In this document: positions 8,549-17,036 of the stretch, in pieces
Layout of the letters: every line of letters starts with the position of its first letter
Numbering within the stretch: position 1 is the stretch's first letter
Source of the DNA: a virus
Taxonomy: Duplodnaviria > Caudoviricetes
Length of the DNA stretch: 64,000 nucleotides
Direction: 5' to 3' (one strand)
Virus record (IMG/VR): IMGVR_UViG_3300042892_000699
Program-made: the position numbers and the translations under genes
Notes under the pieces: model-generated
Database searches by the model: none
The model's input: the letters and a program-made list of their open reading frames with translations, nothing else
Told to the model about the DNA's origin: nothing

Positions 8549-11500
8549 ATGCAGTTGTTCGACCTAATCAGAAATAAAAAACCATTGCTCGAAGGCGGCA
8601 ATGTATCAAGTCAAAGTCCAGGTTGGCAAGGTGCTGCTGATCAAGAAGCAGAAGAAATTGATCTAAAGATTCACGACCGTGATCACATGGTGGCTCAACT
8701 GCGAGAATTATTGTCTGCACAAAACGAATCATTTAAAGCAGCCTACGGCAAATATATTTGGGATCCAAAACTATTGGCATCGGGAAAGATGCTCAGTGGT
8801 AGCAGCTTACAATTCTTTGATGTTAAGGGAATCAATACACAGGACTTCTTAAACAAACTAAAGAAAACAAAAGTTGGCGACATCGACACGCAGATTGACC
8901 AGGATATGGGCGATGAAGTCACTGCTTGGTTAAAGAGTATTATTGGTAAGAAAGTTGGCAACGGCACATTCTTAGGATTTAACAGTTCGTTATCAAGCAT
9001 TTGGTTGCTAGATGATCCGCAGGTTCGTATTCAAGTTGATTATGAATTAGGTCCGTATGACGCTAAAACAAATGCACCAACTGAATGGTTTGCCTACAGT
9101 CATAGTAGTCACTATGATGACATGGCTGCTGGTATTAAAGGTGTATTCCACAAATATATCAACCGTGCTCTAACACATGCACAGTCCAGTGAAAAGTATG
9201 TAGCCCGAGTACTTAAGAAAAGTGTTAAGATTAGTGATGCTCCCGTTACAGACAGCGACTACAGTTTTGCAGTCAGCAGTTCTCAGGGCGGCGGCATGAG
9301 CATAAAGTATAAGCCATACATCGATCCTGCTACAGGACAGCATATGGAAAAAGACGGCATTCCTGTTATGCAACTGCTGGATCCAAAAGACCGCGACTAT
9401 ATTCAAAATTTAGACCAACAGTTCCAGATGAACTTCGGTCGTAAGCGTGGTGTTGCTGATCGAAACTTGCAAGGTAGCTTTGTAGGAACACTACAGCTAA
9501 TGAACAAGTCGTTTGAACCTGAACAAATTGAATCCGTAACTCGTGCATTCCTAGACATTCTATTTGGACCCGGAGCACAGATGATTACTAAAGATGATCC
9601 AGCTCGAGATCGTGATGTTAAGTTTGCCGCAGTAGATGCTATGTTGCTAGGCGGTGGAGGGGTTAAGCCTCTAAACTTACCAAATGCTCAAGGCCTAAGA
9701 CAAGAAGCAGTTAAGATGGCAATGGACTATGCAGACCAGTTCAATGCCAAACGAGGAAATGCACTCAGTACCGAAGTAGCAGAAGATGCCGCAGCAGAAG
9801 TAGCAGCAAAGCCAGACTATGCTCGCCAAGGTATCAAACACCTGTACAACAGACTGCCAGATGGTCGTGTAAGTACAGCAGAAATGAAGAATGCAGATTT
9901 CTTAGAAATTGCCAAGGCAATTGCAGACAATGGTGGCAAACTTGACGGTGTGCCTATCAGTTTGAAAGTAGACGGCGCAGGCATTCGATTCGGTAAAGAT
10001 CAAAGTGGTCGTCCGTTCTTCATGACCAGCAAAGTGACTACTCCATTGTATCAAGATGATGTAGGTTATTTTACCAGCTTTGGTCAAGAAAAAGGTCAGG
10101 ATGCAGAGACATTGGCAAGAACAAAGAATTATGACAATGCACTGGCATTGATTACCGGTAGCAAGTTTATACAATCACTACCTGCAGACACTATTGTACA
10201 AGCAGAAATGATGTATAATCCCATGGCACAACAAACTGACCAAGGACTAAAATTTGTCAATATTCCTTACGATCCTAAAAAGCTAGGCAAGCAGATGACA
10301 CTGGTGCCTTTTGTATTCAAACAATACAGCACAGGAGACGAAAGACCCGATGCTGACAAGATCAAAAAGCGTTTGTTAGCAGCCAGTGATAGCAACATTA
10401 AAATTGTCAGTAATAATCTAGAACAAAAAGGCATTAACGTCAGCAAGATTATTAATCCTATTCTAAACTTAGATCCTAAAGACAAAGCTAATAAGCCTGC
10501 GTTCGATCAAGCTAAACAAGCACTAAGCGATGCTATTATTAATAATCCTAAATTAGCAGGCAAAGATGCGCTAGGCGACAACATGGAAGGTGTTGTTGTT
10601 AATATGCCTAACGGTCAAATATTTAAAGTCACTAGTCAGCAGATGAAGTCGGCTATGGCTGCTAAAATGGCTCAACCGGGTGCAAAACGTCAAGGTCCCC
10701 TAAAGACCGCAGTGGTAGCAGTTGGTAGTTTTGCAGGACATCTAGGACACGAAGACTTGTTTAACGAAACTGTTAAGAAGGCCAACGAATTAGGCGGTGA
10801 TCCTTACCTGTTTATTGGCAATGCAGTGGGTGCAGACGATCCTATCCCAACAGACGTTAAGGTACAGACATGGCATAAACTATATCCGCAGTATGCCAAC
10901 AATATCGGTGCTGTAATGCAGGGTGGAAGTTTAATGCAAAAGGTCAAACACGAATTGATCAGTCCGCAGCCGGGCAAGCCTCCCAAGTATGACAACATTG
11001 TTATCATGGTAGGTGAAGATCGTAAAGACATGCCTATCGCAGGTGCGCTAATGAAGGCTGTTAATAAGTTTCCGGGCTACGAGCATGTTAAGGTCGGTTT
11101 GGAAACTATCCCAAGAACACGACCTATAAGTTTTACTAAACTACGCGATGTTCTAAAAAATCCCAATGCTACTCCGGAACAGCAGTATGCAGTATGGGCG
11201 CAGGGATTTAACGCACAACAATTAGGTAAAGATTGGATACTACATCTTATGGACATCTCAAGAAAAGGTATGGGCATTGTTCAACAGCCCGCAGCAGCAC
11301 CACAACCAGTACCGGTTGCAGAACAAAGATTATTTAACGCATTGATTAGAACACAGAAAACGCCAATGTTTGAAAATGCGCCGACCAGTCAAATGGTTAG
11401 AGACCTAATCAATCCACAAGGACGCGAAGCACAGAAGTATGCTAAGTTCGACAGTGATAGAGAACAGCGTAGAGCCAAGATGGAAAAGGGTGCATTAGCA

Positions 11501-12934
11501 GATCGTAATAGCCGCAAGTATTCTAGCGAGAAAGACGATTGGGGCAATTTAAAGAAAGAAGAATTCAATAGTGAGTACGATGACGAAGCAGGAATGGCGC
11601 AGAGCAATTTACGCACTATGGCTCGTGCGGTTGATGGCTTGTTAAAAACAATCAAGAACAACGACAACTTGCCAGAGTGGGGACAAGAAAAGATTGCCAA
11701 GGCTGAAATGATGTTGGTCAGCGTTTGGGATTATTTGTTAAGTCAAAAAGAATTGGGCATGGATCCTAAGGTTAACGAAAGTCGTGCTCTAGCAGGATTG
11801 AAACAGATTGTTGCAGAACTCAGTAATGAGAAGTTAGGACAGTATAAGAAGGCTGCTGGCGCACAGGCCAGTGCGGCTGACAAGGCAGGCAACACTAAGA
11901 AGGCTGACAAACGCTTCAGCGGCATTGTTAAAGCAACTAAGAAACAGTTTGCCAACGATGAGCAAGGTGTGGCGGAAGGCTTGAATGAATTTGCACCAGG
12001 CAACTTTGATGGCGGCGATGACGAAACTCCAGGTTCGTGGGACAACTTTATTAAAGCGTTTGATCCAGAAATTAGAAGAATGGGATTTGGTATGGACAAG
12101 CGCAGTTCGCACGATGCTAGAATTTATGCACACCCCGAAGCACAAAAAGGTATTATGGTTCGCCAACACCCAGAAAAAGACAATGTTTATTATAAACTGT
12201 TTCAATTCTTTAACAAAGGTGAAGATGAAGTTGGTTTGGCAGATTTGTCGCAAAACGGCGCTGCCAGTGTGTTAGTTAAAGTTGAAGATTTCTTAAACGG
12301 TGAGCAAGGTGTGGCAGAGGGTGCTCCAATTGTAGTAGCACAGGCTCCTATCCACATACGCAATCCTAAAAAGGCTCCACAACCATTTAGAAATAAAGGT
12401 GACATTGTTCCCGACACAAAGCCACCAAGTACTGAAAAGCGTGGAGTTAAAGGTCGTCCAGGCCAAAGACCTATGCCAAAGTATGATGAAGGCTTGGAAG
12501 AAGGATTTGGTTCTAAACTTGCAGGACTAGGTCTTGCCGGAGCAATGGCACTAGGGTCCGCTGGAGCAAACGCTAGAGTCTCAGGAGATCAAGATCCCAA
12601 TGTCAATCGTTTAACAGGCAAACCCAATGTAACACAGGTTGCTCCTAGCGATGTTAAATCAGCGGCATCTGCAGGATTTAATAAAGAGTGGTTGCAAAAA
12701 GCCGCTGATCCTAATAGAACTGGCCGTTATATGATCAGTGTCGAAAAGGCACAAGAACTTTTAAACAAGATGAATGCCGTTGACGAAGCTAAGAAAAAAG
12801 GTGCTGATGGTAAAGCCTGTTGGAAAAATTATCGCTACAACGGTACTGAGAACGGTAAAGACAAGTGTGTGCCAGTAGGTGAAGATGTTGAAAATATTAT
12901 GGGCGCACTGATCGAAAATCTTATTAGAAAATGA
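8549..12934 (+). CDS. Multidomain polyprotein-like internal head protein with Pol-beta-type, ligase-type and HxGH-type nucleotidyltransferase domains followed by short modules
   Basis: LSGSS...GDIDTQ...QVDYE; ISLKVDG...QAEMMY...EGVVV...FKV; VVAVGSFAGHLGH...SFTKLR; then small modules delimited by [LVI]xE and QGVAEG. Confidence 0.6.
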   Translation: MQLFDLIRNKKPLLEGGNVSSQSPGWQGAADQEAEEIDLKIHDRDHMVAQLRELLSAQNESFKAAYGKYIWDPKLLASGKMLSGSSLQFFDVKGINTQDFLNKLKKTKVGDIDTQIDQDMGDEVTAWLKSIIGKKVGNGTFLGFNSSLSSIWLLDDPQVRIQVDYELGPYDAKTNAPTEWFAYSHSSHYDDMAAGIKGVFHKYINRALTHAQSSEKYVARVLKKSVKISDAPVTDSDYSFAVSSSQGGGMSIKYKPYIDPATGQHMEKDGIPVMQLLDPKDRDYIQNLDQQFQMNFGRKRGVADRNLQGSFVGTLQLMNKSFEPEQIESVTRAFLDILFGPGAQMITKDDPARDRDVKFAAVDAMLLGGGGVKPLNLPNAQGLRQEAVKMAMDYADQFNAKRGNALSTEVAEDAAAEVAAKPDYARQGIKHLYNRLPDGRVSTAEMKNADFLEIAKAIADNGGKLDGVPISLKVDGAGIRFGKDQSGRPFFMTSKVTTPLYQDDVGYFTSFGQEKGQDAETLARTKNYDNALALITGSKFIQSLPADTIVQAEMMYNPMAQQTDQGLKFVNIPYDPKKLGKQMTLVPFVFKQYSTGDERPDADKIKKRLLAASDSNIKIVSNNLEQKGINVSKIINPILNLDPKDKANKPAFDQAKQALSDAIINNPKLAGKDALGDNMEGVVVNMPNGQIFKVTSQQMKSAMAAKMAQPGAKRQGPLKTAVVAVGSFAGHLGHEDLFNETVKKANELGGDPYLFIGNAVGADDPIPTDVKVQTWHKLYPQYANNIGAVMQGGSLMQKVKHELISPQPGKPPKYDNIVIMVGEDRKDMPIAGALMKAVNKFPGYEHVKVGLETIPRTRPISFTKLRDVLKNPNATPEQQYAVWAQGFNAQQLGKDWILHLMDISRKGMGIVQQPAAAPQPVPVAEQRLFNALIRTQKTPMFENAPTSQMVRDLINPQGREAQKYAKFDSDREQRRAKMEKGALADRNSRKYSSEKDDWGNLKKEEFNSEYDDEAGMAQSNLRTMARAVDGLLKTIKNNDNLPEWGQEKIAKAEMMLVSVWDYLLSQKELGMDPKVNESRALAGLKQIVAELSNEKLGQYKKAAGAQASAADKAGNTKKADKRFSGIVKATKKQFANDEQGVAEGLNEFAPGNFDGGDDETPGSWDNFIKAFDPEIRRMGFGMDKRSSHDARIYAHPEAQKGIMVRQHPEKDNVYYKLFQFFNKGEDEVGLADLSQNGAASVLVKVEDFLNGEQGVAEGAPIVVAQAPIHIRNPKKAPQPFRNKGDIVPDTKPPSTEKRGVKGRPGQRPMPKYDEGLEEGFGSKLAGLGLAGAMALGSAGANARVSGDQDPNVNRLTGKPNVTQVAPSDVKSAASAGFNKEWLQKAADPNRTGRYMISVEKAQELLNKMNAVDEAKKKGADGKACWKNYRYNGTENGKDKCVPVGEDVENIMGALIENLIRK

Positions 12935-13206
12935 TCAAGCAGTATTACATCACTCACGAAAACATGGTAAAGGACAGTCCGGACGATTGCTATCTTGCAC
13001 CGGAAGATCCTATACACGCCTTAAAGACTGTTAGCTATATGGGCGGGCTAAATGCTACAGAACGACTGCACGAATACAATGCATCCGTAAGAGAATCCAA
13101 TTACGTTAAATCTGGTGCTGTAGATAAGGCTAAATACATGAAAGAGCATGGAATTAAATCTGGTTCTCCCGCATGGTTTGAACTATGGTACGGAAGAAAT
13201 AAATAA
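12931..13206 (+). CDS. Hypothetical protein
   Basis: Clean ORF overlapping the upstream stop (ATGA). Confidence 0.55.
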   Translation: MIKQYYITHENMVKDSPDDCYLAPEDPIHALKTVSYMGGLNATERLHEYNASVRESNYVKSGAVDKAKYMKEHGIKSGSPAWFELWYGRNK

Positions 13207-13210
13207 CATT

Positions 13211-13576
13211 ATGCGCATCAATGAACTAATCACTGAGATGAAAACAGGTAAAATTACCAAGAGACAGCAACAGGCTACTCGTGGTTTAAATACCTACAAG
13301 GACGGTGAAAGAGCCGACAGCACTTATACATCCTATAGATTAGGCATGGCAGTAGCAGGAGCCAACGGAAAAGACCCCATCGAAATGAATGGTAAGAGTT
13401 GGGCGGGTAAAACTAAAACTACTCATCCTTACAGTAAAGAAGAACAAGAAATGCTTAAACAAGCATACAAGGTAGTTGGTGCAAACTATAAAGATGTAAA
13501 TAAAGGTGATATGGAAAGTCGCGAACTGGACAATACATATACCGTAAGCCCTGTAGCAAACTGGATGAAGAAATGA
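13211..13576 (+). CDS. Hypothetical probable internal head protein
   Basis: Likely start is ATG 13211 (MRINELITE), 5 nt after TAAATA, rather than 13148. The leader resembles the T4 capsid-targeting sequence. Confidence 0.55.
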   Translation: MRINELITEMKTGKITKRQQQATRGLNTYKDGERADSTYTSYRLGMAVAGANGKDPIEMNGKSWAGKTKTTHPYSKEEQEMLKQAYKVVGANYKDVNKGDMESRELDNTYTVSPVANWMKK

Positions 13577-15516
13577 ACAACGAATTTAAAAAATCAAAAA
13601 GCAATAACGAAACTCGCTATACATTAGAGTCAATGACAGCAGGTGCAACCGGTTCAGGTAGTGTTGCTACAGCACCGAGCTCGTTAGGCAAAGTCCAAAA
13701 GCGCGGAAATATCTTGGCACAAGAAGCAGGTAAAGACAAAGTTCCTGCAACTACTCCCCGTAATTTTGTTGCTAAGAATGCCAAGTCCAGTGGTGCAGGC
13801 GCACACAAGGATAAGAAAAAAGAACAAAAGCAGGGCGCTGCAAAACATAAAAAGCCCTATATGGAATCTCTACGCACAAAAATTGATCAACTAAAATCAA
13901 AGTTAGCAGAAGCAGGCATGCCATTTCGTGGAGTAGGTGGTGCATTCAATCGCGGCGATGATGAACGACACGACTTAGATCCAACAGAATGGTACATTGT
14001 CAAAGATGGCAAAATGTTCAAAACGTCTGTCTACCCTAATCAAGTACAGTTAGCAATGGCCCAAGGTTATAGTCGTACTAGAGATGAAGCCAAAGCAAAA
14101 GCAGGCAAGCAAGGTGCAGCGGAAGGCGTTAGAGATTTAGGATATGATGCACAATCTCTTATTATGAAACTACGCCGAGATGTAGAAGAAAAAAGATTAC
14201 AACCTACTCCACAAGCAGTATTAGCAGCCGCAAGAGAGTTAGCAGGTGATATGGAGTTTGCTCCTCAACTGTTAGTAAAACAAGTATTAGGGCAAGGTGT
14301 GGCGGAGGCAACAGGCGATGAGAGATTTGACAGCATGATGGGACAGATCACAGGCGGTGCTGGTGCCAGGCAAGGTGTAGATAATTTGAATAAGTCCCTC
14401 ACTGCAAGAACAGGCAGCGACCCCGAGACTGCATTGGCCAAATTTGGTCAGGAATTTATAAAATGGCTTGAAGATCTTTGCCGTGAGTTTGCCAAGCAAG
14501 GTGCAGATAGATTTAATAAATTAAAAAAATTAAGCGAATTCGAAGACGGTGGCGAAACCATGGCGCACTGGTTGATTGATGTTGCTAAACAGACCAAGAC
14601 CTCGGGTATTACACTGGCAGACATACAGGAATTTTCTAGCGAGTTTAATACCCATGGAATGTGGGCCTGGCAAATGTTCCCTATAGCATGGAGTCAGAAC
14701 GAATGGCAAGACTATAAAGATCAATGGACTGGTCCCAATGGTTACATAGCCAATCTGAGACATAGTCCTGAGCAAGGTGTGGCGGAAGGCTCAGGGGCAA
14801 ATAAAACATACCTAGCAATGGCATATCTAAAAGCAGTAGTCATGGCTCCTACTGGAACACCAGAGAATGAAAGAATAAGAAATTGGCAAGAGAAGCTAGA
14901 AGACGAATTTGATATTGAAATGGACACCGCTACTCTTGCTCAAATGCTGCCACAATTTGATAGTATGCTACAGGCAGGCAAACTTGATAAATTACAAAAC
15001 CGAATGGCTTCTCGTGGCGAACTTGAAATAGGCGAGTCTAATCAAGGTGTGGCGGAAGGCGTTGAGGACAGAACAAGTTATCAAGTTGCTAAAATTCTAT
15101 CAAATCGTGGAATCAAATACGATCCTGCACAAGAAAATGAATTAATCAATGCAATAGGCATGGTACTGGTAAAAGAATTAAACATGAGTCCAAAGCAGGC
15201 AAGGAATTTGATCAGTTATGATGAAGACTTTGTTTCCGACACAATGGGCGAGTTGAGAGGTATGGAACAGTCAGTATCCGAAGTTGATGTATATATGGAA
15301 AGTCTTGCCCACTCATTGCAACAGGTCCTGAGTGAAAAAGCAGTGAGCAAGAAGCAACAAAAGTTTATGGGCATGGTTCATGCTGCACAGAAAGGTGAAA
15401 AGCCTGCCAGCAAAGAAGTTGCCAAGACAGCCAAGGACATGGGCAAGAAAGATGCCAGGGACTTTGCATCAACTAAGCACAAAGGTCTTCCTGAAAAGAA
15501 GAAATCAAAAAAGTAA
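13573..15516 (+). CDS. Modular polyprotein-like internal head protein with four QG(V/A)AE(G/A) linkers
   Basis: Lys-rich basic modules; LES/LAE/VAE/LSE candidate cleavage motifs; four copies of the 18-bp repeat in frame. Confidence 0.6.
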   Translation: MNNEFKKSKSNNETRYTLESMTAGATGSGSVATAPSSLGKVQKRGNILAQEAGKDKVPATTPRNFVAKNAKSSGAGAHKDKKKEQKQGAAKHKKPYMESLRTKIDQLKSKLAEAGMPFRGVGGAFNRGDDERHDLDPTEWYIVKDGKMFKTSVYPNQVQLAMAQGYSRTRDEAKAKAGKQGAAEGVRDLGYDAQSLIMKLRRDVEEKRLQPTPQAVLAAARELAGDMEFAPQLLVKQVLGQGVAEATGDERFDSMMGQITGGAGARQGVDNLNKSLTARTGSDPETALAKFGQEFIKWLEDLCREFAKQGADRFNKLKKLSEFEDGGETMAHWLIDVAKQTKTSGITLADIQEFSSEFNTHGMWAWQMFPIAWSQNEWQDYKDQWTGPNGYIANLRHSPEQGVAEGSGANKTYLAMAYLKAVVMAPTGTPENERIRNWQEKLEDEFDIEMDTATLAQMLPQFDSMLQAGKLDKLQNRMASRGELEIGESNQGVAEGVEDRTSYQVAKILSNRGIKYDPAQENELINAIGMVLVKELNMSPKQARNLISYDEDFVSDTMGELRGMEQSVSEVDVYMESLAHSLQQVLSEKAVSKKQQKFMGMVHAAQKGEKPASKEVAKTAKDMGKKDARDFASTKHKGLPEKKKSKK

Positions 15517-15530
15517 TTGAGCAGGAACCG

Positions 15531-15740
15531 GTGGCACCGACAGAGGAGCCTGCTCAACAAACTAAGCCAGTCGGACCACAGCCTAAACTAAGGCCCGATA
15601 TGCCTATTGACTATTGGAAACAACGTTTTCAAACTGCTGACCCAAATCAATATCGTCAATTTAAAAACAAAGATCCAGAAAAGAAAGATCGTATGGCTAT
15701 AGCAGCCTACTACGATGCAAAGCAGCCCACAAAAAAATAA
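15531..15740 (+). CDS. Small ORF, probably a -1 frameshift extension of the 647-aa protein
   Basis: GTG start has no SD and lies inside a hairpin. Frame is open from 15495 and is the -1 frame at A_AAA_AAG (15507-15513). Confidence 0.5.
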   Translation: MAPTEEPAQQTKPVGPQPKLRPDMPIDYWKQRFQTADPNQYRQFKNKDPEKKDRMAIAAYYDAKQPTKK

Positions 15741-15743
15741 AAC

Positions 15744-16373
15744 ATGTTTAAAAGATTTGATGTACCGGTAGTATCAAATCCTGTCTGTAGTGAGCCCATC
15801 TACAATGTTGTTGCAGAAGATTTTAAATTCTATGACAAAGACGGATTTGAATTAAATCAAGCAGAACAGAAATATTACGGGATGATGCACCATCCTATAG
15901 ACCATCCTATACTTAATCATCGCTGCTGGCAAGAACCTTGGTTTGCTCTAGAATATAACGATATAGGTCTAATACTAGATCACTCATTGATCCTGCATCG
16001 TTGCAGATACGAGGACTACGCAGAACATCAACTAAGAAAAATAAAAAAGGATATTCCCGAGGCAGAGTGGTTATTGAAAACTCCACAGAAATGGGGATTT
16101 GATTTTGCATTAGATGCTGTAGATCAAAATGGTAATATATACGAAGTCCTGCACGTAGAGTATGACAACTACGATTACGATAGTTTTGTAAAAGCCATGC
16201 AGTTATTTGATTTCAAAGTTAGACATACTGATTGGCGACATGCTGCCAAACAGGTATTGGTTAAACAGGACGAGTGGTGTCATCTTAAAGGATTTGCTCA
16301 AAATGATTGGAAAGCAAGTTTCCTTTTAGGCTGGAACCGAGCAGAATATACAGAAAAAAGTTTGACCTTGTAA
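15744..16373 (+). CDS. Hypothetical protein
   Basis: 209-aa ORF with normal composition; no motif recognised. Confidence 0.6.
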   Translation: MFKRFDVPVVSNPVCSEPIYNVVAEDFKFYDKDGFELNQAEQKYYGMMHHPIDHPILNHRCWQEPWFALEYNDIGLILDHSLILHRCRYEDYAEHQLRKIKKDIPEAEWLLKTPQKWGFDFALDAVDQNGNIYEVLHVEYDNYDYDSFVKAMQLFDFKVRHTDWRHAAKQVLVKQDEWCHLKGFAQNDWKASFLLGWNRAEYTEKSLTL

Positions 16374-16390
16374 CTGTAACCCTATATACT
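16362..16390 (+). promoter_or_regulatory. sigma70-type promoter
   Basis: TTGACC-N17-TATACT upstream of an AGGAG SD and ATG 16411. Confidence 0.7.
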
Positions 16391-16410
16391 ATATACTTAT
16401 AGGAGACATT

Positions 16411-16680
16411 ATGGGCAAAGCATTTGGCGCACCAGAACAGGCAAAAATTAAACAGATCGTATCCGAAGGTATGACTGTTATGCAGGAAATTCAAGACCTT
16501 ACCGAAGGATTGAATGAAACTATCAAAGCCGTAGCAGAAGAACTAGAGGTAAAACCTAGTGTCATTCGCAAGGCAATCAAAATCGCACAGAAAGATCAAT
16601 GGGATCAAGTGTTCCGTGAGTTCGACGATCTCGAAACTATTGTCGATATTGCAGGCCACGCTAATCGTCGTGAAGACTGA
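16411..16680 (+). CDS. Small dsDNA-binding protein (T4 DsbA/GapR-like)
   Basis: About 90-aa helical pattern (IKAVAEELEVKPSVIRKAIKI) located just before the DNA polymerase. Confidence 0.55.
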   Translation: MGKAFGAPEQAKIKQIVSEGMTVMQEIQDLTEGLNETIKAVAEELEVKPSVIRKAIKIAQKDQWDQVFREFDDLETIVDIAGHANRRED

Positions 16681-16967
16681 TGAACTTTATACGCAATGTA
16701 TATAACTGGGCCAGAAACGATTATCGAGAATGGCCTACTAGATTTTCATTAGAAATCTCAGCATGGTTGATGAGTTTAGGCTGCTCTCTAACACTAGCAG
16801 CAGGTGCAACTGATCCGCTGTTTTTCTATTTGTATCCAATATTCATTTTGCAGTGTGCAATATTTGCATGGGCTTCATGGACTCGTAAAAGTACAGGTAT
16901 GGTAGCCAACTACCTACTGTTAGTCACTATCGATATCATTGGCTACATTAGATTGTTAAATATGTAA
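16680..16967 (+). CDS. Small membrane protein
   Basis: Three hydrophobic segments. Confidence 0.55.
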   Translation: MNFIRNVYNWARNDYREWPTRFSLEISAWLMSLGCSLTLAAGATDPLFFYLYPIFILQCAIFAWASWTRKSTGMVANYLLLVTIDIIGYIRLLNM

Positions 16968-16978
16968 GAGAAAGGTTC

Positions 16979-17030
16979 GATCAGCCATAACTGATCACAA
17001 AGAAGGTTGCCGGCCATAAGCGGTAAGGAG
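16979..17030 (+). promoter_or_regulatory. Twin RNA hairpins in the DNA polymerase leader (candidate translational operator)
   Basis: GATCAG-CCATAA-CTGATC (16979-16996) and TTGCCG-GCCATAAG-CGGTAA (17007-17026); the second runs into the AAGGAG SD. Confidence 0.6.
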
Positions 17031-17036
17031 AACTAT

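Larger units (their letters stand above)
11959..15060 (+). repeat. Dispersed in-frame 18-bp direct repeat CAAGGTGTGGCGGAAGGC (6 copies)
   Basis: Exact at 11963-11980, 14773-14790 and 15043-15060; variants at 12305-12322, 14110-14127 and 14293-14310. 11959-11981 and 14769-14791 are identical over 23 bp. Confidence 0.95.

Noticed and set aside
11959-15060. The 18-bp repeat as a CRISPR array
   Set aside because: Spacings are 183-1805 bp and irregular, all copies are inside reading frames, and no cas genes are present.
16973-16990. GGTTCGA as a tRNA T-loop
   Set aside because: No T-stem partner, anticodon arm or acceptor stem; better explained by the polB leader hairpins.
13148-17036. Track start sites at 13148 and 17007
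   Set aside because: Downstream ATGs at 13211 and 17037 fit the promoter and SD positions better and avoid overlap with the upstream gene or hairpin.
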